A DNA stretch of 64,000 nucleotides from Candidatus Giovannonibacteria bacterium (lineage in GTDB: Bacteria; Patescibacteriota; Minisyncoccia; UBA11713; 2-01-FULL-45-33), in the NCBI GenBank assembly GCA_016176295.1, contig JACOXN010000003.1, forward strand, positions 28,212-92,211, in the 5' to 3' direction. Shown here piece by piece: positions 17,534-26,337 of the stretch. The first letter of the stretch is position 1; each line of letters begins with the position of its first letter. Position numbers and translations under genes: made by a program. The notes under the pieces were generated by a model. The model did no database searches, was not told the origin of the DNA, and saw nothing but the letters and a program-made list of their open reading frames with translations.

Positions 17534-18655
17534 TTAATCCGCACCAATACTACCAGCAATATGTTCTTTTTTCAAGGGTGTGCCGAATTCGATATCTACT
17601 GCCGCTATCTTTCCGACTACTTGGTCAAAATATTTCGTGTGCAGGCCAAATGCCGGACGAACTGAACGAACATTTTCCGGAGTAAATTTTTCTCCTTTTT
17701 TAATATCTTTGGCAACGAAAAGCGAGCGCCGCCAGCGTAAATTATATTTCTCAAGCTTGTTTCGTGGTCCGTAGTTAGGCGTTCCTAAAGCTTTTTGGTA
17801 TCGAACTTCATTAATCTGGTAATTCTTTTTACCATGCAAAATTTCAACGAGTTCTTTCAGCTCCGCAGGCTCAAGGGAGAAATCAGCATCCGGACCGCCC
17901 AAAGCTCGGTCCAAAATAATATGCTTTTCTACGATTGCCGCCCCCGCGCGCATAGCCATAATCGGCACATCTACCCCCCCGGAATTATCGGAAAAACCTG
18001 CAACCACTCCCCATCTTTTTGAAATATCCTGAATTGTGGCTAGATTTGTGTGTTCCTCATCCGCTTCATTTTTATAATCGGTAATGCAGTGCAGGATAGC
18101 TATATCTTTTGCGCCGTTTTCACGAAGAGTTTTTAAAGCGAGCTCAATATCTTCAATGCTCGCATATCCAATTGACATTATTACCGGTTTTCCGGTCTCA
18201 GCGACTCGTTTTAACAAAATAAAGTCATTCACTTCATAAGAAGCAATCTTGTAGAATTGCGCATTCATTTTCTCCAAAAAATCAACGGCAGTAACATCAA
18301 AGGGAGAAGAAAAAAGAAAAATTCCGAGTTCATCCGCAAGTTTTTTCAGTTTCGGCTGCCATTCCCACGGAGTGTAAGCCTGCTGATAAAGCTGGTAAAG
18401 AGTCTTCCCTTTCCACAACGCCGGATTATCGGCATCCGCTCCGACGCGAAACCATTCTTTGTCGGAATTAAGAGTGATAGTGTCCGCAGTATAGGTCTGA
18501 AGTTTTATCGCATCCGCTCCCGCTTCTTTCGCAACCCTGACCAACGCTTCCGCTTCCGCATATTTCTGATGATGATTGCCGGATATCTCCGCCACTACAA
18601 AAACCGGCTCGCCGTCTCCTACCATTCTATTCCCTAGCTTAATAACTTTGGCCAT
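17534..18655 (-). CDS. pseI: Nonulosonic acid synthase (NeuB/PseI/LegI family), probably pseudaminic acid synthase
   Basis: VAEISGNHHQKYAEAEALVRVAKEAGADAIKLQTY plus a C-terminal SAF-type domain (FVAKDIKKGEKFTPENVRSVRP). The PseI versus LegI/NeuB choice rests only on the PseB/PseC context. Confidence 0.75.
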   Translation of the reverse strand: MAKVIKLGNRMVGDGEPVFVVAEISGNHHQKYAEAEALVRVAKEAGADAIKLQTYTADTITLNSDKEWFRVGADADNPALWKGKTLYQLYQQAYTPWEWQPKLKKLADELGIFLFSSPFDVTAVDFLEKMNAQFYKIASYEVNDFILLKRVAETGKPVIMSIGYASIEDIELALKTLRENGAKDIAILHCITDYKNEADEEHTNLATIQDISKRWGVVAGFSDNSGGVDVPIMAMRAGAAIVEKHIILDRALGGPDADFSLEPAELKELVEILHGKKNYQINEVRYQKALGTPNYGPRNKLEKYNLRWRRSLFVAKDIKKGEKFTPENVRSVRPAFGLHTKYFDQVVGKIAAVDIEFGTPLKKEHIAGSIGAD

Positions 18656-18661
18656 CCATTT

Positions 18662-19291
18662 TTAAATATTAATTAAATATTTATACGTCCCGCTTCTTAT
18701 TTGTTCCGCTCCTTCTTTTTCTTTCGCAATCAATTCCTGCAGCTCAGATGAATCGTAAGCTTTTTGTATAACTTCGTTCCATCGGGAATAATCACTATCC
18801 AGAAGCACTTTCTCCGCTTCCACTAAGTTTATTTTTTTTGCGCTTGGATGGCCTTTTAGGTCCGGTCCAAAATCAAGCATGGCTCGTATGCGCGGCAAGT
18901 GGTAACGGTTGGAAATGAGATCAATTTGGCCAACAGTATTATTATCAGCAATAACAACGAGCGCTTTTAATTGTTCGTAAGTAGAGTTGGTTTTTCTTTC
19001 CTCCATGACTTTGTTTTCTGGTACCCCAAGCTCAATCAATTCCCGTTTCATGATGGATGACAAGAAAAGTTCCTTAGGAAGAACTAATTTTGATTTGCCT
19101 TTTTCGCCTAAAACAAGCAAAGACCGATCGGGATTTTTTTTAAAAAGCAGACTTCCCGCGACGATTCTTAAATAACCCCCCGGTGCGCCATGATGATCTT
19201 TTAAATCAGAAAAGTCGGTTGAATGCCACAAGCCATCGCTTTTCTTTTCAAACCAACCGCTAAGAATGGCGATAATGCGTTTATTTTGCAT
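18662..19291 (-). CDS. DUF218 (YdcF/SanA/ElyC-like) protein
   Basis: GVPENKVMEERKTNSTYEQL and LISNRYHLPRI blocks correspond to the DUF218 signature (Gvp...i..e..s.nT.eN ... s..H..R). Confidence 0.6.
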   Translation of the reverse strand: MQNKRIIAILSGWFEKKSDGLWHSTDFSDLKDHHGAPGGYLRIVAGSLLFKKNPDRSLLVLGEKGKSKLVLPKELFLSSIMKRELIELGVPENKVMEERKTNSTYEQLKALVVIADNNTVGQIDLISNRYHLPRIRAMLDFGPDLKGHPSAKKINLVEAEKVLLDSDYSRWNEVIQKAYDSSELQELIAKEKEGAEQIRSGTYKYLINI

Positions 19292-19964
19292 TTTGAGTAT
19301 TCGGCATATTATTTACAAACTGGCAGCAAAGCCCCGGAACCCGCGCGGAAATAAATAAAGCTTTCGCCAGCAATGGCTCCCAGCCGAATGCGCAAAGAGC
19401 GACAGCTATAGCGCCGTCAATATTTATCGGGAGATTCTTGCCGCTTTGCAGTTTCAATTCTTTTTCCAAATCTTTCGCAATTGAAATAAATTCCCCGCCT
19501 ATTCCTAATTCTCCCATTACCGCAAAAATAAGTTCAACTCTCGGATCAATTTCATAAATTCTGTGACCGTAACCCGGTAAGCGTTTTTTGGCTGTAAGGC
19601 TCTCCGACACAAATTTAACCGGAGTAATTTCATCTTTTTTTATCCGATAAAACATCTCCATACATGCTTCACCTGCGCCGCCATGAATATCATTGATCTC
19701 CAAAACTCCGGCGGCAACGGCTTCTGAAATTGTTTTTCCGACTTTGCCTGAGGAAATTACTGCCTTTGCCGAAGGAGTATCCGGACCATGATCAATGGTT
19801 AAATTCAAAATAAGCTCAAAAACTTTTAACTCGGCTTCATTTGGTTTCCGCCCTGAAAGCAATTCAAAAAACATTGCCGGATATGTAAGCTGTCGGCTTG
19901 CCTGCAATTGTTCCGTATCTCCAAAAAATGCAATGTTGTTTTTGTGTTGAATGGTTTTTGCCAT
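19281..19964 (-). CDS. Short citrate-synthase-fold protein, ATP-citrate-lyase C-terminal / citryl-CoA-lyase-like
   Basis: 227 aa. LTIDHGPDTPSA, INDIHGGAGE, LPGYGHRIYEIDPR and PINIDGAIAV parallel ACLY C-terminal blocks (ADHGPAVSGA, IGDRFGGA, IMGIGHRVKS..PD.R, LNVDG). Confidence 0.65.
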   Translation of the reverse strand: MAKTIQHKNNIAFFGDTEQLQASRQLTYPAMFFELLSGRKPNEAELKVFELILNLTIDHGPDTPSAKAVISSGKVGKTISEAVAAGVLEINDIHGGAGEACMEMFYRIKKDEITPVKFVSESLTAKKRLPGYGHRIYEIDPRVELIFAVMGELGIGGEFISIAKDLEKELKLQSGKNLPINIDGAIAVALCAFGWEPLLAKALFISARVPGLCCQFVNNMPNTQNAK

Positions 19965-19968
19965 AATT

Positions 19969-20874
19969 CTAGGACTTCTTTATTAAACCCGCGATATCAT
20001 CAAAATGTTCCGCGACCAAAACTCCGGCCTCCCGCAAAACTCTTCTCTTTTCCTTGGCCGTACCTTTCCGACCCTCAATAATTGCTCCTGCATGGCCAAA
20101 TTGGACATCATTCGGCAATACGGCGGCGAAATCCCCGGCAATGAACGCCACTACCTTTTTTTTGATCCTCCTCTCCGAAACAAGTTCTGCGACGCGTTCC
20201 TCCGCAGTACCTCCCAATTCCCCGAAAATAACCGATGCCGTTGTCATTGGGTCGTCCTCCAATGCAAGCAAAAAATCGGCAAAGTCGGTGCAAATTATCC
20301 TCTCGCCGCCGATACCCGCGGCATACGACACACCAAGATCGTTATTTTTGAGATGAAGGCTGATTTCGGATGTCATGCCGCCCGATTTGGAGATAACAGC
20401 AACATTGCCATCAACAAAAACGCGTGACGGATCGGCCCCGCCAATCGCGCCAATTTTAATTTTATTATGCGGGCTAATGAAACCTACCGAGCTGGGGCCC
20501 AAAACGCTTGCTCCGAACTGTCTGGAAAGAGAATAAATGATAGCTGCATCTTTTGTCGGCACTTTCTCTGCGCCGATCAATACGAATTTTATCCCCGATT
20601 CCATTGCTTCGGTAACCGCCCCTTTTGAAAAAAGAGGTGGCACAAACATAACTGACCCATCTACTTGCCCAACCGCTTGCACGGCATCTTTCACCGTATT
20701 AAAAATCGGTACCCCATCCAAAATCTCTCCGCCTTTGCCCGGGGTTACTCCCGCCACTATATTGGTGCCGTAAGCACGCATCCAAGGCAGAGCCCTCTGC
20801 CCCTCCGAACCGGTGATCCCTTGGCCGATTATTTTCGCGTTTTCCCTAAGCAACAAGCTCATGTTTTTTAGCAT
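19969..20874 (-). CDS. CoA-ligase alpha-type subunit, ATP-citrate-lyase / citryl-CoA-synthetase-like (SucD fold)
   Basis: GITGSEGQ CoA-binding start, SKSGGMTSE, and phosphohistidine loop VQFGHAGAII followed by AKEKRRVLREAGVLV (ACLY has FGHAGA...KNQALKEAGVFV). Start moved to the ATG at 20874 (AGGAG upstream) because the track ORF over-extends into the beta gene. Confidence 0.7.
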   Translation of the reverse strand: MLKNMSLLLRENAKIIGQGITGSEGQRALPWMRAYGTNIVAGVTPGKGGEILDGVPIFNTVKDAVQAVGQVDGSVMFVPPLFSKGAVTEAMESGIKFVLIGAEKVPTKDAAIIYSLSRQFGASVLGPSSVGFISPHNKIKIGAIGGADPSRVFVDGNVAVISKSGGMTSEISLHLKNNDLGVSYAAGIGGERIICTDFADFLLALEDDPMTTASVIFGELGGTAEERVAELVSERRIKKKVVAFIAGDFAAVLPNDVQFGHAGAIIEGRKGTAKEKRRVLREAGVLVAEHFDDIAGLIKKS

Positions 20875-22015
20875 ACTCTCCTGCGAGTTTAGAAATAATA
20901 TTTGCCGATTCCGCGATTGATGTTTCTTCTCCGTATAAATGCAGATCAAGTTCCTTAATTCCGCGCAGCATTTCAAATGCCTCTTTGTCCCTTGGACCTC
21001 CGCGTCTGATAACTATCGGGAAATCAAATTTTTTAACCAGTTCTTTTTCCGCGCTCCTTAAGCCTTCCATCAATCCCGACAATGTCGCGTAAATATCGGT
21101 AAAATTAGCGATGGCGCCTACTATCCAAAGACCGCAAAGACCCGGCTTGGACATTACGATCTTAGCCAATTTTTCGATTTTTTCTTTCGGTGGATTTCCG
21201 GAATATTCCGTATAATTCGCCGGCCTACCGCCAGCCGCAAAAAGAGCATCAAGCGCCGTCAGAGAACCGCCGCCTCCGGAAGCCAAAACAGCTATATCCC
21301 CTGAAAGGTCGAAATACGCCGAGCCGGCCGTGCCTCTGTAGTCCCCCTCGTCAATTTTTTTTGCCGCAATTTCTCTTTCTGTCGGAGGCCTTCCGGAAAT
21401 CGATCTCGTAGGGAAATTCCATTCTTTGTGCCTCCCCGAAGCCGCGTCATCCAGTTTAATTTTTGCGTCAAGCGCGACATATCCCTGTTCGGACAAAACT
21501 AAGGGATTAATTTCCAAAAGCAGGCAGTCGCCATCAAAAAAAAGTCTAATAATTTTTTTTACCAGCTCGTCCGGCAATCCGGCAAGTGCCGGCACATGTT
21601 CCAGCGGATTTTTCGGGTCAATTGGAAATACACTGCTTTTGCGGTCCTCAATGCCGGTACCGCCTTCATCGGAAAACATTAAAACCGGTTCCCTGCTTTC
21701 CGTATCATAAGAAATAGAAATATAGTACTCGGAGCCGGAATATTCTATCTTCTCTTCGGCCAAAATACTCTCTATTTTTTCTCCGTTGATTGAAGAATCA
21801 AACATTTTGTAAACAGCGCTTTTGGCTTCGTCAGCATTGCTCACAATAATAATTCCTCCGGCATCTTTCCTTTTTCCGGTAAGTGTCTGCGCCTTCAAGA
21901 CAATATTCGATGCAACGGCAAAATCTGCCTTGAGAGATTTGATCAGCCGGGATTTCGGCACATTTATGCCCGCCTCTTCAAGAATCTTTTTGCCTTCAAA
22001 TTCGTAGAGAATCAT
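20846..22015 (-). CDS. ATP-grasp beta-type subunit, ATP-citrate-lyase / citryl-CoA-synthetase-like (SucC fold)
   Basis: ANYTEYSGNP (ACLY-type ANYGEYSGAP, not the SucC-type ANFLDVGGGA), IVGAIANFTDIYATLSGL, IVIRRGGPRDKEAFEML and LHLYGEETSI parallel ACLY blocks (IGGSIANFTNVAATFKGI, IFVRRGGPNYQEGLRVM, IHVFGTETHM). Confidence 0.7.
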   Translation of the reverse strand: MILYEFEGKKILEEAGINVPKSRLIKSLKADFAVASNIVLKAQTLTGKRKDAGGIIIVSNADEAKSAVYKMFDSSINGEKIESILAEEKIEYSGSEYYISISYDTESREPVLMFSDEGGTGIEDRKSSVFPIDPKNPLEHVPALAGLPDELVKKIIRLFFDGDCLLLEINPLVLSEQGYVALDAKIKLDDAASGRHKEWNFPTRSISGRPPTEREIAAKKIDEGDYRGTAGSAYFDLSGDIAVLASGGGGSLTALDALFAAGGRPANYTEYSGNPPKEKIEKLAKIVMSKPGLCGLWIVGAIANFTDIYATLSGLMEGLRSAEKELVKKFDFPIVIRRGGPRDKEAFEMLRGIKELDLHLYGEETSIAESANIISKLAGEYAKKHELVA

Positions 22016-22785
22016 TTTATCCGACCTCGATCTTTATCATTTTTTAACGATTTCTCATATCCCTCGTTCCGACCGATGGTTTGATTTATTTTAGCAATTT
22101 CGGGGTTTTTATCTAAAAAATCTAAAATATCCGTAAAACCGAAGTTTTTATTTTTTTTGTTAAGAGATCCGAATATTTTTTCCACCAAAATCAGATCTTC
22201 GAGGTTATCAACCGTTAACCTGATATCTGAAACATCTTTTTTATATTTTATATTTCCCAGCCTGAAAATTTCTGGATGGTTGGCAATATAAGCTGTCACA
22301 TGCTCTCGCTCCGATGGTAATCTGGCTTCGCGCCATGCCTTCTCCAGCGCAGCAAAAGAAAACACCTCTACATCCATTCCGTCCGGATAAGTGGGAGGCC
22401 TCACGTTGCTCACATAATCAAACTTATTTTTGTTTTTTAAATAATAATTCACCACATCGTCCACTATTTTCGGGTCCATTAAAGGGCAATCCCCAGTGAT
22501 GCGCACAATGACATCTCCACCAAATTTTTTGGCAGACTGATAATATCTATCCAAAACATCATTTTCCGAACCGCTGAACACGTCTATTCCCAATTTTTTG
22601 ACAACTTCCGCAGTTTCGTTATCCTCCGGTTTGTCGGTTGTGGCCAGAACAATCTTATCCAAAGTTTTGGCGCGTTTTAGACGCAATATTAAGTGCTCAA
22701 GCAAGGTCTTGCCCTCCACCACTTTAAGCACCTTTCCGGGAAGACGAGTGGAACCAATTCTTGCCTGTATAATTGCGACAGTCAT
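22012..22785 (-). CDS. Cytidylyltransferase (SpsF / acylneuraminate cytidylyltransferase family; CMP-nonulosonate synthetase candidate)
   Basis: N-terminal AIIQARIGSTRLPGKVLK and ITGDCPLMDP blocks. Confidence 0.7.
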   Translation of the reverse strand: MTVAIIQARIGSTRLPGKVLKVVEGKTLLEHLILRLKRAKTLDKIVLATTDKPEDNETAEVVKKLGIDVFSGSENDVLDRYYQSAKKFGGDVIVRITGDCPLMDPKIVDDVVNYYLKNKNKFDYVSNVRPPTYPDGMDVEVFSFAALEKAWREARLPSEREHVTAYIANHPEIFRLGNIKYKKDVSDIRLTVDNLEDLILVEKIFGSLNKKNKNFGFTDILDFLDKNPEIAKINQTIGRNEGYEKSLKNDKDRGRIK

Positions 22786-22852
22786 ATTGTTGTTTTAATT
22801 ATTAAATATAACACATCTTGGAACACTTTTGTTTTTAAAAAACCAAGTCAGC

Positions 22853-22881
22853 TTGCTTTTTTTCTATATTTGTGGTATAAG
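22853..22881 (+). promoter_or_regulatory. Candidate sigma70-type promoter for the 22945-23997 gene
   Basis: TTGCTT (22853-22858), a 17-nt spacer, then TATAAG (22876-22881) preceded by TGg (extended -10-like). AGGAGG RBS at ~22930. Confidence 0.4.
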
Positions 22882-22944
22882 ACATATTAGCTTCGTATTT
22901 TATAACTTGAAAATTGAAAAGCTCAATACAGGAGGACTTACGAA

Positions 22945-23997
22945 ATGGATATATTCTTGGTCGCTGACGACTTTGGTGAATCAGAATGCCTCGAAAAGAT
23001 TGCAAACGCATTTCATAAGCGAGGACATACGACAACGAAATTTTTGGGGTTTGGAAAAAAATTGGTTCTTACGGACAGTGTTCTTCGCCAGGCTTTGAAA
23101 GCCAATATTCTGTTGGCTTCCATTTCCGGAGACAGCGAAATGGAAAGACATCTCACATCCGTCGTAAGACAACACACTAATATGCCTGTAGTCGTTTATT
23201 CGATCAACAAATACGCTTTTCGGAATGAAAAGGCTACTGCCTTGCGCGAAATCGCCGACGTACTTCTGGTGAGCAGCGAAGACGAAATTCCGGAAGCAAG
23301 GACACTGTTCAGCAATGCAAAAAAAATCGAAGCGATCGGCAACATCATGCACGAAGATTATTATCCGGCTCTCTCCCGCTTTGAATCCCGCAAAATAGCC
23401 GGAGTTTCAGAGGAACAAAAACTAATTTTTGTCCCCGGCGACAAGTGCATCGGCATCAACTGGCCGCTATTTTACTCCGTGATAGAAGCGGCGCATTGCA
23501 TCACGGTTCAGATACATACTCCAGTGGTATCTCTCGGCATTCATCCGGGTGACGCCACATACCGGCGCGAAATCTACAGCGATCTTGTAAAATACAGTCG
23601 AGGAGTACCTGTAAAAATATACACGCGTGACGTGCTGAATTCATCAATACTTGTTACTGCATGCGATTTGTTGGTCACTGCGTGTTCCTCGCTTGCAGTT
23701 GCCGCCGCATTCCAGAGAAAGCCCATCATAGGCTTTTTCTTCGAAAATATGCTGGCTGAGTACGAGGATGTTTACGGCACGTTCAAATGGGAACCGGCAG
23801 AAAACGAGTCTGCTTTGGTGGTCCGTTCTGGCTCCATTGATTCCCTGAGCAGAGCTATGCATAGTCTGTTATTGCCGCATAGTTCTGATAGCCGCTACAT
23901 GAAAAAAAAACAGGCAGACAACTACCCAGCCCCACCGGCCCTCGGGTCTACCGCAAAAAAAGCGGTAGATATAATTCTTCAAACTATCGTTCGTTAA
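22945..23997 (+). CDS. Hypothetical protein, possibly GT-B/Rossmann-like (weak PseG-type candidate)
   Basis: 350-aa ORF with an RBS and its own terminator. It is one of only two plus-strand genes inside the glycan cluster. The C-terminal LLVTACSSLAVAAAFQRKPIIGFF resembles the nucleotide-sugar-binding half of MurG/PseG-type proteins. Functional support is weak. Confidence 0.45.
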   Translation: MDIFLVADDFGESECLEKIANAFHKRGHTTTKFLGFGKKLVLTDSVLRQALKANILLASISGDSEMERHLTSVVRQHTNMPVVVYSINKYAFRNEKATALREIADVLLVSSEDEIPEARTLFSNAKKIEAIGNIMHEDYYPALSRFESRKIAGVSEEQKLIFVPGDKCIGINWPLFYSVIEAAHCITVQIHTPVVSLGIHPGDATYRREIYSDLVKYSRGVPVKIYTRDVLNSSILVTACDLLVTACSSLAVAAAFQRKPIIGFFFENMLAEYEDVYGTFKWEPAENESALVVRSGSIDSLSRAMHSLLLPHSSDSRYMKKKQADNYPAPPALGSTAKKAVDIILQTIVR

Positions 23998-24026
23998 ATA
24001 GCGATAGTACCCCCTTACCCCCTAAT

Positions 24027-24059
24027 AATCCCGCAAAGAAGCGTTTGCGGGATTTTTTT
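24027..24059 (+). terminator. Intrinsic terminator between convergent genes
   Basis: AATCCCGCAAA-gaagcg-TTTGCGGGATT followed by a T-run (24053-24059). Confidence 0.7.
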
Positions 24060-24074
24060 ATAATCTTAGCAAGA

Positions 24075-25394
24075 CTAAGTCAGACGTTTAAAATCTGAAT
24101 GAGCTACCGGGCCTTCAAGTAATTTATGAATCTGATTATTATTCAATGCTTCCTTTATTATTTCAAAAACTTCACCAACCGCTTTAAGATAAACCTTGAT
24201 ATGCGCTTCTTTATGCGCGTAAGAAACATACACGCTCGGCGTGGCAAGAAACCCCCGCTTCAGCATTTCTTGGGTAAATAAAGTACGTAGAGCTTGGTTA
24301 TCTTTAGAGTAATTAAATGAAAAAGTGATCAATGCTTCCGGCCCTACCACCGAAATATTCAAGCCGTGTTTCTGCGCCAGAAGCGACCAGCCGTCTCCGA
24401 TCATTTTCCCGATTTTTTTAATGTGCAGAGGGACATTCTTAGCCTGCAATTTTTTTATTGTGGCAAGAGCCGCTGCCGGACCGACCCGCTCAGTCCAAAA
24501 CGTACTGGAAATAAATGTATCCTGCGCCGACTGCATGACTTTTTTCCTGCCTATTATAGCAGCCATCGGGTATCCGTTGCTCATGGCTTTGGCAAAGACG
24601 GCGATATCGGGATGAACGCCGTAAAACAGATGAGAACCGCCCGGATTCAATCTCCAGGCGATGGTAATTTCATCAAAAATAAGAACCGCACCTATTTTTT
24701 CCGCAATTTTTTTTACTTTTTTCAGAAAATCATTTTTTGGTTCCTGGTGCCGCAAAGGTTCCACGACAATAACCCCGATATCCCTATGTTTTTTTACGAT
24801 TTCCTCCAATTCATCTATGCGGTTGTAGTTAAATGGAACAGCGCTTCCTTTAAGCCCTCTTGGAACTCCTTTTGGTTCCAGACCCGGAAGCAGATGCCCG
24901 TCCAAATTTTTGTCGCTTGAAAGATTAGAAGACAGATACCAATCCTGCCAGCCATGATAGCCGCAAAAAGCCACTCTGTCTCTGCCGGAATGCGCCCTGG
25001 CGATCCTTACTGCGACCGCCATGGATTCCCCGCCGGTACGGGCAAAACGCGCCATCCCCGCCCAAGGATGGAGTTTAATGAGCAATTCAGCCAATTCAAC
25101 TTCCTCGGGGGAATTCAATGTATTCATGGAACCCTCGTCAATAACTTTTTTTACGGCTTTATTCACGTCATCGTCCGCGTAGCCCAAAATACAACTCCCT
25201 ACGCCCATGATGGTCATGTCTATGAATTTATTACCGTCCAAATCCCAGACTTCCACACCTTTTGCTTTTTTAAAATAAGCCGGCCATTGCTCCGGCAAAA
25301 ACATTTCCGAACGCTTGGACAAAAGCTGTCCGCCTCCGGGAATTACTTTTTTAGCTGTATTCCATAACGCGATCCCTCTTTTTGGCTTTTTCAT
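24075..25394 (-). CDS. Class III PLP aminotransferase (glutamate-1-semialdehyde aminomutase-like)
   Basis: 439 aa. GSCILGYADDDVN, RFARTGGESMAVAVRIARA, IVVEP and IFDEITIAWR blocks. Confidence 0.75.
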   Translation of the reverse strand: MKKPKRGIALWNTAKKVIPGGGQLLSKRSEMFLPEQWPAYFKKAKGVEVWDLDGNKFIDMTIMGVGSCILGYADDDVNKAVKKVIDEGSMNTLNSPEEVELAELLIKLHPWAGMARFARTGGESMAVAVRIARAHSGRDRVAFCGYHGWQDWYLSSNLSSDKNLDGHLLPGLEPKGVPRGLKGSAVPFNYNRIDELEEIVKKHRDIGVIVVEPLRHQEPKNDFLKKVKKIAEKIGAVLIFDEITIAWRLNPGGSHLFYGVHPDIAVFAKAMSNGYPMAAIIGRKKVMQSAQDTFISSTFWTERVGPAAALATIKKLQAKNVPLHIKKIGKMIGDGWSLLAQKHGLNISVVGPEALITFSFNYSKDNQALRTLFTQEMLKRGFLATPSVYVSYAHKEAHIKVYLKAVGEVFEIIKEALNNNQIHKLLEGPVAHSDFKRLT

Positions 25395-25401
25395 AAAAGA
25401 T

Positions 25402-26298
25402 TTATTTTGTTAAAACATTAACGATCACTTTTGCGTCAGACAAATCCTGAAGCGGTTTTGATTTTTTTTTCACGCAAGAAAAAAAATGCTTGAGCTCCTC
25501 AATAAACATACCATCGAGATCTTTTTTGTTTTTTCGGAAATCCAATTCGTATTTTCCGTCTTCAGCCAAAATCTCAATTGTATGAACCGGGGTTTTTCTT
25601 AAATAATCCATAGAAAGTGATGATATGACGCCATTTTCATGTTCAAATACCACTGATGCCGCTTCTTCGCTCTTGGTATCTATCGAATGTATTTTACTTT
25701 TGTTTATCTTACTGTTTTTAATAGGGCCGAGTAAGGCGCGCAAATAATCCGCCACGTGCGACCCCGAGTCCAACACAACTCCACCACCCTTTCTTTCTGC
25801 AGCATAAATTTTTTTGTAATTGGCGTTGGCACGGGCAGCAGGAAGAAAATAGCCCAGAGTGATATTGGCAAGTATTGGCTTACCAAATTTATTTCTCTTC
25901 ACATCTGACGCGAATTTAATAAAACTGCGGTTAAACCTGTAATTACAGGCCACCATAACAACTTTCTTAAGTTTCCTTGATTTCTTTACTAAGGCGCCTA
26001 CTCCTTTTAGATTATGCGAAAGCGGCTTTTCGATGAAAACATGAGCTCCGTAATTCAGCGCCAGAGACGCCGTTGCCACGTGCAAATGGGTGGGATTACA
26101 AACAAACACAACATCCGGCTGTTCCCTTTCCATCGCAGTTTTAACATTGTTATAAAAATTGAACTTACCAAGCACCAGCAAAGACTCGGGTTTCTTTTCA
26201 TCCGGATCGCAAACCGCCAGATCTTTATAACCCAGCTTAAGCAGATTTTTTAAATGCTTTGTACCAATTGAACCTGCACCAATAACCAAAATAGTCAT
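25402..26298 (-). CDS. Gfo/Idh/MocA-family oxidoreductase
   Basis: ILVIGAGSIGTKHLKNL Rossmann motif and FIEKPLS motif. Confidence 0.75.
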   Translation of the reverse strand: MTILVIGAGSIGTKHLKNLLKLGYKDLAVCDPDEKKPESLLVLGKFNFYNNVKTAMEREQPDVVFVCNPTHLHVATASLALNYGAHVFIEKPLSHNLKGVGALVKKSRKLKKVVMVACNYRFNRSFIKFASDVKRNKFGKPILANITLGYFLPAARANANYKKIYAAERKGGGVVLDSGSHVADYLRALLGPIKNSKINKSKIHSIDTKSEEAASVVFEHENGVISSLSMDYLRKTPVHTIEILAEDGKYELDFRKNKKDLDGMFIEELKHFFSCVKKKSKPLQDLSDAKVIVNVLTK

Positions 26299-26337
26299 AA
26301 TAAATGTAACTCTAGCACAGAAAATAGGTTGCTGCCC

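Noticed and set aside
17491-17559. Over-extended starts in the ORF track (17011-17559, 19969-20976, 5513-6121, 43524-44600, 26338-27480)
   Set aside because: The extensions overlap upstream genes and lack family-typical sequence. Internal ATGs give canonical N-termini, so the coordinates were trimmed.
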